From Rhodospirillaceae bacterium (GTDB lineage: Bacteria; Pseudomonadota; Alphaproteobacteria; UBA6615): DNA of 64,000 bases. The notes under the pieces were generated by a model. That model was not told the origin of the DNA and searched no databases. It saw only the letters and a program-made list of their open reading frames with translations. Every line of letters begins with the position of its first letter. Positions within the stretch are counted from its first letter, which is position 1. Below are positions 19,472 to 31,840 of this stretch, piece by piece. A program made the position numbers and the translations under genes. The stretch lies in contig JABJEK010000022.1 in assembly GCA_018702955.1 (NCBI GenBank), forward strand, positions 21,789 to 85,788, given 5' to 3'.

Positions 19472-20622
19472 CGTCCGGGAATCGCGATGTTCACCACGGC
19501 CATCATGCCCGGGCGCAGCACGCCCTGGGTTTCTTCGATGGCGATGCGCACCGGCAGGCGCTGGGTCACCTTGGTGAAGTTGCCGCTGGGGTTCGGGTTC
19601 GGGAGCAATGCGAATTCACTCGTCGCGGCCTGGCCGATGCGCGCGACGGTGCCGCTGAACTGCCGGTCGGGGAAGGCGTCAATCTTGACGTCGACGGCCA
19701 TGCCCGGCGCGAGGTGGCGGATATCCGTTTCCTTGATGTTCGCCTCGACCCAGACAAGGTCGGGATTGTGGACCAGCATCAGGCGCTGTCCGGGGCTTAC
19801 GAATTCGCCGCGGTCGATGAAGGTCTCCGAAACCACACCGTCGATCGGGCTTTTGATGGTTCGGTCGGCGGCGTCGAGCGCCTGCTGTTCTCGCTGCGCC
19901 GCGATCTCGGCTTCCTGGTGACGCAGTGCGTCCATCCGGCTGGCGAGCACATTCATTTCACCGCGCTCGGCCTCTGCCTCGCCGACATCGGCCAGGGCGG
20001 CGGCCAGATCGGCTTGCGCCTTCTGATGGCGTTCCTGGGCCCGGCTCAATGCCGTGTGGACCTGATCGAGACGTTGGCGCGATACAATCTGTTCGGCCAG
20101 CAAGGTACGGGTTCGCTCGAAGTCGGTGCGCGCAAACTCGAATTGTTCGCGGCTGGCCACGACCGCGACCCGCGCGGCGTCGGCCCGGGACCGCACGGCT
20201 TCCACCCGGCTGGTCGTGGTGCGGTCGATCAGGTCGATTTGTGACGTAATTTGTTGCCGCGCCGCTGCCAGGGCAGCGATGCGCGCGCCATACTCGGTCA
20301 GCTTGAGTTGGGATGTCCGGGAATCGATCTCGACCAGCAGCTCCCCGCGTTTGACCTTGTCCCCTTCGATGATTGGCAAGTCGACGACCCAACCCGACAC
20401 GCGGCTGGAGATCGCGATCGTGTCGGCCTGGATGCGGGCATCGGTTTCACTGACATGGGCCCACTGCCAATAGCCCCATCGACCCGCACCAACGACGGCG
20501 GCGAGAACGATGGCGAGGATGACCAGCTTGCGGATAATCGGGCCGACCCGCCTTGGTGACGGGGACGGGATCTCCGTTCCACTCTCATTCAATGACTGCT
20601 GTGTGCGGCCTTCGTCGGGCAT
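19468..20622 (-). CDS. emrA: HlyD-family membrane fusion protein (EmrA-like)
   Basis: A single N-terminal TM helix, long coiled-coil segments, and a C-terminal beta domain. It forms an operon with emrB. Confidence 0.8.
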   Translation of the reverse strand: MPDEGRTQQSLNESGTEIPSPSPRRVGPIIRKLVILAIVLAAVVGAGRWGYWQWAHVSETDARIQADTIAISSRVSGWVVDLPIIEGDKVKRGELLVEIDSRTSQLKLTEYGARIAALAAARQQITSQIDLIDRTTTSRVEAVRSRADAARVAVVASREQFEFARTDFERTRTLLAEQIVSRQRLDQVHTALSRAQERHQKAQADLAAALADVGEAEAERGEMNVLASRMDALRHQEAEIAAQREQQALDAADRTIKSPIDGVVSETFIDRGEFVSPGQRLMLVHNPDLVWVEANIKETDIRHLAPGMAVDVKIDAFPDRQFSGTVARIGQAATSEFALLPNPNPSGNFTKVTQRLPVRIAIEETQGVLRPGMMAVVNIAIPGR

Positions 20623-20769
20623 GCCGTCTCCGAACAGGTCGCCGAACCCTGTCGGGAATGGCGGTCAGGTGAACTGGATGTCTTGGTTATTGTGTATTGG
20701 ATCGGAATACGAAACAAATAAGTATGCGAAAAGCGCATAGCTGTTGTGTGGGGCCAATTCGCCCGGCGA

Positions 20770-22203
20770 TTAGACCGCCGTGCCGCCGACGGTGAGAGAT
20801 TCCAGGAACATCGTTGGCTGTCCGACACCGACGGGGACCGACTGGCCGTCCTTGCCGCAGGTGCCGACGCCGTCGTCCAGGCGCGAATCATTGCCGATCA
20901 GTTTCACACGGGTCAGCGCGTCGGGGCCGTTGCCGATCAGGGTCGCTCCCTTGACCGGCGCGCCGAGCTTGCCGTTTTCGATCATGTAAGCCTCGGTGCA
21001 GCTGAACACGAACTTGCCGTTGGTGATGTCGACCTGGCCGCCGCCGAAATTCACGGCATAGATTCCGGTTTTCGCCGCCTTGATGCATTCCTCGGGGTCG
21101 GCCTCGCCGTCGAGCATGTAGGTGTTGGTCATCCGGGGCATGGGACTGTGGGCAAAGGATTGGCGCCGCCCGTTGCCGGTCGCCTCCATGCCCATCAGCC
21201 GCGCGTTCATCCGGTCTTGCATGTAGTTCTTCAGGATGCCGTCCTCGATCAACACGTTATAGGCGCTGGGCGTGCCTTCATCATCGATGGTGATCGAGCC
21301 GCGCTTGTCCGCGAGCGTGCCGTCATCGACCACGGTGACGCCGGGTGCCGCGACCCGTTCGCCGAGCAGGGATGAGAAGGCCGAGGTCTTCTTGCGGTTG
21401 AAGTCGCCTTCGAGGCCATGGCCGATGGCCTCGTGGAGCAACACGCCGGGCCAACCGGGGCCGAGGACGACCGGCATCTCGCCGGCCGGTGCGGGTACGG
21501 AATCCAGATTTACCAGGGCCTGACGCAGGGCCTCATCGACCTGCGAATGCCAGTTTTCCGGGGAAATCCACTGATCGTAGATGGCCCGGCCGCCGACGCC
21601 GTGGGAGCCGGTTTCCTGACGGTCGCCGTCGCCGACCATGAGCGAGACATTGAGGCGCACGAGGGGGCGGATGTCGGCGCGCCGGTCACCGCCGGCCCGC
21701 ACGATCTGCACGGCCTGCCAGCTTCCCGACAGGGAGGCGGTCACCTGCCGCACGCGGGGGTCGCTCCCGCGCGCATAGGTGTCGATCTCCGACAGGAGAG
21801 CGACCTTGTCCTCGAACGCCATCTCGCCCAGCGGGTTGGTGTCGGTGTAGAGGTCGCGGTTGGTGCCGGCGGGTGAATCCGCAACCGTTCCGCCGCGGCC
21901 GGTTCGCACGGCACGCACCGTATCGCCGGCACGCGTGATGGCGGCTTCGCTCATCTCCGTCGAATGGGCATATCCGGTTGCCTCACCGGAGACGGCACGC
22001 AGGCCGAAACCCTGGGAGGTATCGAAATTGGCGTTGCGCACGCGCCCGTCGTCAAAGGTGATGCTCTCGGATTGATTATATTCGAGAAACAGCTCGCCAT
22101 CGTCGGCGCCGTCGAGTGCTGAATCGACCCGCGCAACGACCCGTTCAGGGTCCATGCCGGTTTGCGCGTAGAAAATGTCGTCGGTGCGGGCAATGTCGGT
22201 CAT
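20770..22203 (-). CDS. tldD: metalloprotease TldD
   Basis: A 477-aa protein with the TldD HExxxH region HEAIGHGLEGDFNRK. Start is at MTDIARTDD (ATG at 22201-22203). Confidence 0.85.
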   Translation of the reverse strand: MTDIARTDDIFYAQTGMDPERVVARVDSALDGADDGELFLEYNQSESITFDDGRVRNANFDTSQGFGLRAVSGEATGYAHSTEMSEAAITRAGDTVRAVRTGRGGTVADSPAGTNRDLYTDTNPLGEMAFEDKVALLSEIDTYARGSDPRVRQVTASLSGSWQAVQIVRAGGDRRADIRPLVRLNVSLMVGDGDRQETGSHGVGGRAIYDQWISPENWHSQVDEALRQALVNLDSVPAPAGEMPVVLGPGWPGVLLHEAIGHGLEGDFNRKKTSAFSSLLGERVAAPGVTVVDDGTLADKRGSITIDDEGTPSAYNVLIEDGILKNYMQDRMNARLMGMEATGNGRRQSFAHSPMPRMTNTYMLDGEADPEECIKAAKTGIYAVNFGGGQVDITNGKFVFSCTEAYMIENGKLGAPVKGATLIGNGPDALTRVKLIGNDSRLDDGVGTCGKDGQSVPVGVGQPTMFLESLTVGGTAV

Positions 22204-22537
22204 GGGGCGATGTTCGCTTGAGGTTGGGATGAGAATGTCGTCCCAACAATATGGGACATGGATCACGATTGTCAGCCTTGGCCGCTCAACAATCGGTGGG
22301 GTCGAAAATTTTGTTTTGTCGCCGCACCTGACCAGATGGCTGTTTAACGCCGAATTGTTTGTACAATCAGGGATTTGCGGCGCTGCGACAAGGTGTCTCA
22401 AGGCCGAAAATCGCATCGGCTGTGACTTGTTGAGGGCGATGCGCTGGTATATTTTTCGGCCCGTCCAATGGGCTATAGGGGGTTATCCGCCTTGCGATGT
22501 GATTCGCGGGCGCGGGCGACCAGATGGAAGCGAGCGA

Positions 22538-25077
<2,540 letters not shown>

Positions 25078-25115
25078 GCGGTTGCGGGTTCGATTGACGA
25101 ACACGGAGTTGAGCA

Positions 25116-26048
25116 TTGGCTGATGCCGCGTATCTGAACCAGGCAAACGAGACCGCGCTACCTGTAGCGTCGGGCTCGCATGTCTCGGATTTCGTCGCGT
25201 TGCTGAAGCCGCGTGTGATGACGCTCGTGGTATTTTCCGGTGCCGTCGGATTGTTCATTGCGCCGGGTGCCTTGCATCCCTTGCTCGCGGTTGTGGCGAT
25301 CCTGTGTATCGCCGTTGGCTCGGGCGCGGCCGGCGCCATCAACATGTGGTACGAGCGCGATATCGATGCGCTGATGTCACGCACGGCGAACCGGCCCCTG
25401 CCCGCCGGACGCGTGGCACCCGGTGACGCGCTTGGGTTCGCGACAGTGCTGGCCGTGTTCTCGGTCGTACTCATGGGTTTCACGACCAACTGGGCCGCGG
25501 CGAGCCTGCTGGCCCTGGCGATCCTGTTCTATGTCTTTGTCTATACGGTTTGGCTCAAGCGCCGGACGCCGCAGAATATTGTTATCGGTGGTGCCGCCGG
25601 CGCTTTCCCGCCGGTGATCGGCTGGGCGGCCGTGACCGGCGATATCAGCCTGGTTTCATTGAGCCTGTTCGCCATTATCTTCCTTTGGACACCACCCCAT
25701 TTCTGGGCGCTGGCGCTTTATCGCAGCGGTGATTATGCGCGCGCCGGTGTGCCGATGATGCCGGTGGTTGCGGGCCGTCAGTCGACCAAGCGCCAGATGC
25801 TGGCCTACACCCTGTTGCTGGTGCCGGCAAGCCTGGTGCCGTTCGCACTCGGCGCGGCGGGTCTTCTCTACGCGATTGGCGTTGCGGCCCTCGGTGTTGC
25901 CTTTATCGCCAGCGCGTGGCGGGTGCTGCGCGAGCCGGATGCGGCTGAAGACAAACGTGCGCGCCAGATGTTCGGGTTTTCGATTCTTTATCTGTTCCTG
26001 GTGTTCGCGCTTTTGCTTGCGGATTCACTGCTCGGACTGGCGGGTTAG
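25116..26048 (+). CDS. ctaB: protoheme IX farnesyltransferase (heme O synthase)
   Basis: A UbiA-superfamily member with the CyoE/CtaB pattern ([29 protein letters not shown]). Confidence 0.85.
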   Translation: MADAAYLNQANETALPVASGSHVSDFVALLKPRVMTLVVFSGAVGLFIAPGALHPLLAVVAILCIAVGSGAAGAINMWYERDIDALMSRTANRPLPAGRVAPGDALGFATVLAVFSVVLMGFTTNWAAASLLALAILFYVFVYTVWLKRRTPQNIVIGGAAGAFPPVIGWAAVTGDISLVSLSLFAIIFLWTPPHFWALALYRSGDYARAGVPMMPVVAGRQSTKRQMLAYTLLLVPASLVPFALGAAGLLYAIGVAALGVAFIASAWRVLREPDAAEDKRARQMFGFSILYLFLVFALLLADSLLGLAG

Positions 26049-26056
26049 ACGGATTA

Positions 26057-26187
26057 TGGCGAAACGCGAATACAGCGAACGGCACCGGCAACAGCGCGGT
26101 AAAAACTACGCGATGTTGGGTGTCATCGGCGGCCTGATCGTCATCTTCTATCTCGTGTTTATTGCACGCGCGGGGTTGCTGGGATGA
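26057..26187 (+). CDS. small conserved membrane ORF (43 aa) between ctaB and ctaG
   Basis: MAKREYSERHRQQRGKNYAMLGVIGGLIVIFYLVFIARAGLLG has a basic N-terminus and one TM helix. Its stop overlaps the ctaG start (ATGA). A small ORF occupies this position in other alphaproteobacterial cta/cox operons. Confidence 0.45.
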
Positions 26188-26801
26188 GCATGGCCGAAAA
26201 CCGGACACATCGGCGTCGCCGCAATCGTTATGTATTTGCAGGGCTTATCGTGATGGTCGTGGGCATGAACGGATTTGCCTATGCAACCGTCCCGGCCTAT
26301 CGGGCATTCTGTCAGAAGTTCGGTTTCGCCGGTATTCCGCTGGTCGAGGCCAGCGCGCCTCAGACGGAAGAGATTTTAACTGATCGGCCCATCACCGTCC
26401 GCTTCAACAGCGATATCGAGCCCGCACTCGACTGGCACTTTAAGCCGGTGCAGCGCACGATCGATTTGCATGTTGGCGAATCTGGCCTGGCATTTTTCGA
26501 GGCCTCAAACCGGCACCATGAAGCCGTGACCGGTACTGCGACCTTCAATGTCACCCCGCTGAAGGCGGCGCCATATTTCGTGAAGATCGAATGTTTCTGC
26601 TTCACCGAGCAGACCCTCTCGGCGGGCGAGACGGCCCAGATGCCGGTGACGTTCTTCGTCGATCCCGCCATTGCGGAAGACCAGAACCTCGATGATGTGA
26701 CCGAAATTACCCTGAGTTACACTTTTTTCCGCGATCGTGACGCCGATGCAGAGCGCAAGGCAGCGGCGTTGCAGAAGACCGAAAACACACGAGTGAACTG
26801 A
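26184..26801 (+). CDS. ctaG: cytochrome c oxidase assembly protein CtaG/Cox11
   Basis: Cox11 family, with one TM helix and the copper-binding motif KIECFCF. Confidence 0.85.
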   Translation: MSMAENRTHRRRRNRYVFAGLIVMVVGMNGFAYATVPAYRAFCQKFGFAGIPLVEASAPQTEEILTDRPITVRFNSDIEPALDWHFKPVQRTIDLHVGESGLAFFEASNRHHEAVTGTATFNVTPLKAAPYFVKIECFCFTEQTLSAGETAQMPVTFFVDPAIAEDQNLDDVTEITLSYTFFRDRDADAERKAAALQKTENTRVN

Positions 26802-26855
26802 TACCTGTTCCAAAGTCCGGGCCAAAAATATCCGGCGCAATAGTGAGACAAGCAC

Positions 26856-27710
26856 ATGAGTGATCACGCACACGACGAATCACACGGCAACCACCCCTAT
26901 CACATGGTTGAGCCGAGCCATTGGCCGATCGTCGGGTCGATCGCCGGCTTGCTGCTGGCCTTTGGTCTGGTGATGGCGATGCACCCCGAGGCATTCGGCA
27001 CGGGACTGCAGCCGTTCCTTGAGACCATCGGATACTGGACCGTTGCACCGGGCCTCGTTCTGGCCATGATGACGATGATGGGCTGGTGGCGTGACGTCAT
27101 CGACGAGGCGCATGTGCAGAAGATGCACACCAAGGTTGTACAGCTCAGCCTGCGCTACGGCATGATGCTGTTCATCATCTCCGAGGTGATGTTCTTCGCG
27201 GCCTGGTTCTGGGCATTCTTCGGTGCCGCCCTGTTCCCGAACGAGGCGATCGGCACGGTTTGGCCGCCGGACGGCGTGGAGGTCTTCAACCCGTTCGACC
27301 TGCCGTTACTGAACACGCTGATCCTGCTCACGTCGGGCTTCACGGTCACCTGGGCGCATCATGATATCCGCGAAGGCAACATGTCCCACGCGGCCAAGAT
27401 GCTGGGCTGGACCGTTGTACTGGGCATGCTTTTCACGGCAGCGCAGATTTTTGAGTATGCCCACGCGCCGTTCGGGTTCAGCGACGGGATTTACTCCTCG
27501 ACCTTCTTCATGGCGACCGGTTTCCACGGTTTCCACGTGATCGTCGGAACGGTGTTCCTGGCCGTTTGCTGGTGGCGCACCGCGAAGGGTCAATTCACGA
27601 AGGACCATCACTTTGGCTTCGAGGCGGCGGCCTGGTACTGGCATTTCGTCGATGTCGTGTGGCTCTTCCTGTTCTCGTTCGTGTATGTCTGGAGCACCTT
27701 CGGCGCCTGA
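26856..27710 (+). CDS. ctaE: cytochrome c oxidase subunit III
   Basis: A 284-aa protein with seven TM helices and subunit III motifs (WWRDVIDEA, FFMATGFHGFHVIVGT). Confidence 0.9.
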   Translation: MSDHAHDESHGNHPYHMVEPSHWPIVGSIAGLLLAFGLVMAMHPEAFGTGLQPFLETIGYWTVAPGLVLAMMTMMGWWRDVIDEAHVQKMHTKVVQLSLRYGMMLFIISEVMFFAAWFWAFFGAALFPNEAIGTVWPPDGVEVFNPFDLPLLNTLILLTSGFTVTWAHHDIREGNMSHAAKMLGWTVVLGMLFTAAQIFEYAHAPFGFSDGIYSSTFFMATGFHGFHVIVGTVFLAVCWWRTAKGQFTKDHHFGFEAAAWYWHFVDVVWLFLFSFVYVWSTFGA

Positions 27711-28107
27711 TGGGGCACAAGATCGGACAGACGGCTTGACCGAGTATTATCCGAGGCAATCCAGCCTGAAGACCGGCCTTCGCTGCGCCTGTCCGCGTTG
27801 CGGGCAGGGAAAGCTCTATGTCGGATTGCTGACGGTCCGCGATCGCTGTTCGGTGTGCGACTTCGACTATGGCCGGTTGAACACGGATGATGGTCCGGCG
27901 TTCTTTATTATCGTGTTGTACAGCGCGTTGATCCTCCCGCTGGCCGCCTGGTTCCAGTTTGCCGTCGAGCCGCCGATCTGGGTTCATTTTCTGATATGGA
28001 TTCCGGTGATTATCGTGGGGGCGATCGCGCTGATGCGCCCGTTCAAGGCCTGGCTTGTGGCGCAGCAGTTCAAGCATGATGTGGATGACGCGGATATCAC
28101 GCGCTGA
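27685..28107 (+). CDS. DUF983 family protein (Cys4 zinc ribbon plus 2 TM)
   Basis: CACPRCGQGKLY...CSVCDFDY followed by two TM helices. The start is uncertain: ATG 27685 overlaps the ctaE end by 26 nt, and TTG 27736 is an alternative. Confidence 0.55.
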   Translation: MSGAPSAPDGAQDRTDGLTEYYPRQSSLKTGLRCACPRCGQGKLYVGLLTVRDRCSVCDFDYGRLNTDDGPAFFIIVLYSALILPLAAWFQFAVEPPIWVHFLIWIPVIIVGAIALMRPFKAWLVAQQFKHDVDDADITR

Positions 28108-28135
28108 TCCGGGGCGTCATACGCCCGGCTGAAAG

Positions 28136-28849
28136 ATGAAGATGCGCTTCCAACCGACATTCTGGGCGACCGCCCTGGCGTTGCCCGTCCTGATTGTCCT
28201 GATCGTGCTCGGCACCTGGCAGGTGCAGCGGCTGCAATGGAAGAACGAGTTGATTGAGACCCGTGCTGCGCGCGTCGGGGACGCACCGGTCGAGATCACG
28301 GAAGCACTGGCTGGTGCCGATGATTTGGCTGATATCGAATACCGGCCGGTTACCGTGTCGGGGCGCCTGCGCAATGATCGTGCGATGATACTGCTCAACC
28401 GTGTACACGATAGCCGTGTCGGTGGTCACCTGATTGCGCCGCTCGAGCTTGCCAGCGGGCTTGGCACGGTGATGATCGATCGGGGCTGGATGTCCCTGCC
28501 GGAGTTGCGGGCGTATACGGCAGTCGAAGGTGAACCCGTCACGCTCGATGGATTCGTTCGCACGTACACCGTACCGGGGTATTTCGTGCCCGAGAACGAA
28601 CCGGGTGGGAATAACTGGTTCTTCATGCATGAGGACGAGATGCTGGCGGCGGCAAATTTGTCCGGGCCAGTCGGTTTCTATGTTCAGGCAGGCCCGAATG
28701 CGACGCCGCCAGGTGTCTATCCGGTAGGTTCGGTGCCCGACGTGAAGTTGCGGAACTCTCATCTCGAATACGCCGTGACCTGGTATGCGCTGGCGGCGGT
28801 GTTGGTGGTGATTTTCGTCATTTTCCATTGGAAGCGGAAAGAGACATGA
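28136..28849 (+). CDS. surf1: SURF1 family cytochrome oxidase biogenesis protein
   Basis: N- and C-terminal TM helices flanking a periplasmic domain (TWQVQRLQWK, VTWYALA). Confidence 0.8.
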   Translation: MKMRFQPTFWATALALPVLIVLIVLGTWQVQRLQWKNELIETRAARVGDAPVEITEALAGADDLADIEYRPVTVSGRLRNDRAMILLNRVHDSRVGGHLIAPLELASGLGTVMIDRGWMSLPELRAYTAVEGEPVTLDGFVRTYTVPGYFVPENEPGGNNWFFMHEDEMLAAANLSGPVGFYVQAGPNATPPGVYPVGSVPDVKLRNSHLEYAVTWYALAAVLVVIFVIFHWKRKET

Positions 28850-30357
28850 CTGGTAGCGCGGCGTACGCGAGTTTGCAGGAGACATTCCGCCGCGGCGCCT
28901 TGGTTGGTGATGCGCTGGGTATTCTCGGCTGGGATCAGGCAACGATCATGCCCGAGGGCAGCGCCGACGGGCGTGCGGAGCAGATCGCGACCCTGAGCGT
29001 CATGCGCCATGAGTTGGTCGTCAATCCGGAGGTTTCAGACGGGATCGCGCGGGCGAAACAGGATTTCGCAACGCAAGACACCGGCGACTGGGATCGGGGT
29101 AATCTGCGCGAGATGGAACGCGCCTATGCGCTGGCCGCCGCGCTGCCGGGTGATCTTGTTGAGGCGGCGGCGCGGGCCAACGCCGTGTGCGAACTCCAGT
29201 GGCGCGGTGCCCGTGCAGAGAATGACTACGCCAGCCTGCTGCCGACACTGCGCGAGGTGCTCAATCTGGTGCGACAGACAGCGGATGCGCGTGCCGAGGC
29301 ACTTTCCTTGGCGCCCTATGACGCGTTGCTGGAAGAATATGAGGCGGGCACACGGACGGACCGCCTCGACCCGCTGTTCGACCGGTTGGCGTCGTTCCTG
29401 CCCGAATTCCTGCCGCAGGTGCTGGAACGCCAGGACTCACAGCCGACACCCGTCCGGCCCGAAGGCCCGTTTGCGATTGCCGACCAGCGCGCCCTGGCTG
29501 CGGAACTCATGCAGGCGCTGGGCTTTGATTTCGATCGCGGCCGGCTGGATATCAGCCATCATCCTTTCTGTGGTGGCGCGACGGGCGATGTGCGGATTAC
29601 CACCCGGTACAATGAGGATGATTTCACCGAATCCCTGATGGGCGTCCTGCACGAGACGGGCCATGCGCTCTACGAGGGCGGGCTTCCGTCTGACTGGCAG
29701 TTCCAGCCCGTGGGCAACGCACTCGGGATGGCGGTTCACGAAAGCCAGTCCCTGTTGATCGAGATGCAGGTCAGCCGGTCACGGCCATTCCTGAACTACG
29801 CCTTGCCCCGCATGCAGTCTGCATTTACCGGTACCGGTGGGGCTTGGGATGTCGATAATATCTACCGGCTCTACACGCGCGTTGAGCCCGGGTTTATTCG
29901 GGTGGATGCCGACGAGGTGACGTATCCGCTGCACGTGATCCTGCGCTACCGGCTTGAGCGCGCGATGCTGTCCGGGGATCTCGATCTGGCCGACCTTCCC
30001 GGCGCATGGAATGACGCCATGGGCGATCTGCTGGGGATCACGCCGCCCGACGACAGGCTCGGCTGCCTGCAGGATGTTCACTGGCCCGCCGGTTCGTTTG
30101 GCTACTTCCCGACCTACACATTGGGGGCGATGGCGGCGGCTCAGTTCTACCGCGCCGCACGGCGCGACATGCCCGATCTCGAGGCGAATATCGCCACGGG
30201 CAATTTGGCCCCCCTCGTTTCCTGGTTGCGTACCCATGTGCATGGCCAGGGATCATGCCATACGGCGGACGAATTGCTGTCTCGCGCGACGGGCGAACCG
30301 TTGAATCCCGAGATCTTCCTCGAGCATCTGAAGGCGCGCTATCTGGGTAATTCCTGA
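28846..30357 (+). CDS. M32 family carboxypeptidase (Taq-type)
   Basis: HETGHALYE zinc motif and the M32 length and helical fold. ATG 28846 overlaps the surf1 stop (ATGA). Confidence 0.8.
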   Translation: MTGSAAYASLQETFRRGALVGDALGILGWDQATIMPEGSADGRAEQIATLSVMRHELVVNPEVSDGIARAKQDFATQDTGDWDRGNLREMERAYALAAALPGDLVEAAARANAVCELQWRGARAENDYASLLPTLREVLNLVRQTADARAEALSLAPYDALLEEYEAGTRTDRLDPLFDRLASFLPEFLPQVLERQDSQPTPVRPEGPFAIADQRALAAELMQALGFDFDRGRLDISHHPFCGGATGDVRITTRYNEDDFTESLMGVLHETGHALYEGGLPSDWQFQPVGNALGMAVHESQSLLIEMQVSRSRPFLNYALPRMQSAFTGTGGAWDVDNIYRLYTRVEPGFIRVDADEVTYPLHVILRYRLERAMLSGDLDLADLPGAWNDAMGDLLGITPPDDRLGCLQDVHWPAGSFGYFPTYTLGAMAAAQFYRAARRDMPDLEANIATGNLAPLVSWLRTHVHGQGSCHTADELLSRATGEPLNPEIFLEHLKARYLGNS

Positions 30358-30368
30358 GGCGTGTCGCC

Positions 30369-31832
30369 TTGTGTCCGCATATCGCGTTGGATAGGTTAGC
30401 CCGCTTTTCGTCGAAGGGACCGAATTTGGAATATGTAAGCACCAGGGGCACCGCGCCGGCGTTGGAATTCGAAGACGTTTTGTTGAGCGGACTTGCGCGC
30501 GACGGCGGATTATTTGTGCCGGCATCCTGGCCTTCCATCGACAATGACGACATTCGCGCCCTGCAGGGGCTCGGATATGCCGAAATCGCGGCGCGGATCG
30601 TGCGCCCGTTCATCGAGAAAGATGTCCTCAGCGACGCGGAGCTGAAACAGCTCACGCAGGAAACCTATGCGGGGTTTGATCACCCCGATGTGGCCCCGCT
30701 GCGCCAGATCGATGACGACACTTGGTTATTGGAGTTGTTTCACGGGCCCACGCTCGCGTTCAAGGATTTCGCACTCCAGTTGCTTGGGCGGCTGTTCGAG
30801 CATGTGCTGGCCCGACGTGGTGCGCGCATTACGATCGTTGGCGCCACCTCGGGTGACACCGGTTCGGCCGCGATAGAGGCCTGCCGGGACCGCAGCAACC
30901 TCGATATCTTCATGCTCCATCCGCAAGGCCGTGTGTCCGAGGTTCAGCGGCGGCAGATGACGACCATCGTTGCCGACAATGTCTACAACATCGCGCTGGA
31001 CGGGACGTTCGACGATTGCCAGGACCTTGTGAAGGCGCTGTTTGCGGATCACGATTTGCGTGACGAGATTGGGTTGTCGGCCGTGAACTCGATCAACTGG
31101 GCCCGGATCATGGGCCAGACAGCCTATTATTTTGCCGCCGGTGCGAAACTCGGCGCGCCCGACGAGGCGCTGACCTTCGTAGTGCCGACCGGAAATTTCG
31201 GCAATGTCTATTCGGCTTATGTCGCACGTCAGATGGGACTGCCGATCTCCCGGCTGATCGTGGCGTCCAATCGCAATGATATCCTCTATCGCTTCTTCGC
31301 CAGGGGGGACATGTCCATTTCCTCCGTCGAGCCATCGCTCTCGCCGAGCATGGACATTCAGGTATCGAGCAACTTCGAACGTCTGATGTTCGACCTTCTC
31401 GACCGGGATGGGGCCGCCGTCGAAGAGGCCATGCGCGTGTTTCGACAGGACGGTGTCCTGCCGGATTCACAGAAACTCAGCGATGATGCGCGCGGCTTGT
31501 TTGAGGCGCACCGCCTCGATGATGACGAAACACTCGAAGTGATCCGCGACGTGCATGCGCAATCGGGGGTTCTGGTTGATCCGCATACGGCGGTTGGAAT
31601 TGGTGCGGCCCGCAAGGCTCCGCGAGACGGACACAAGCGGGTTGTTCTCGCCACGGCCCATCCGGCGAAATTTCCCGATGCGGTCGAGAAGGCGACGGGA
31701 ATTCGACCGGAACTGCCATCGCATCTGTCGGACCTGCTGGATCGCCCGGAACAGGCAGAGACCATTGAGAATGATGTTGCGGCTGTGCGCGCGTTTGTGC
31801 GCGCCCATGCGGCGGCACGAAACACAGGTTGA
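30369..31832 (+). CDS. thrC: threonine synthase
   Basis: YVSTRG N-terminal motif and a PLP-binding region (LAFKDFALQ, GATSGDTGSA). The true start may be the TTG at about 30426 (LEYVSTRG). Confidence 0.85.
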   Translation: MCPHIALDRLARFSSKGPNLEYVSTRGTAPALEFEDVLLSGLARDGGLFVPASWPSIDNDDIRALQGLGYAEIAARIVRPFIEKDVLSDAELKQLTQETYAGFDHPDVAPLRQIDDDTWLLELFHGPTLAFKDFALQLLGRLFEHVLARRGARITIVGATSGDTGSAAIEACRDRSNLDIFMLHPQGRVSEVQRRQMTTIVADNVYNIALDGTFDDCQDLVKALFADHDLRDEIGLSAVNSINWARIMGQTAYYFAAGAKLGAPDEALTFVVPTGNFGNVYSAYVARQMGLPISRLIVASNRNDILYRFFARGDMSISSVEPSLSPSMDIQVSSNFERLMFDLLDRDGAAVEEAMRVFRQDGVLPDSQKLSDDARGLFEAHRLDDDETLEVIRDVHAQSGVLVDPHTAVGIGAARKAPRDGHKRVVLATAHPAKFPDAVEKATGIRPELPSHLSDLLDRPEQAETIENDVAAVRAFVRAHAAARNTG

Positions 31833-31840
31833 GAGCGCCC

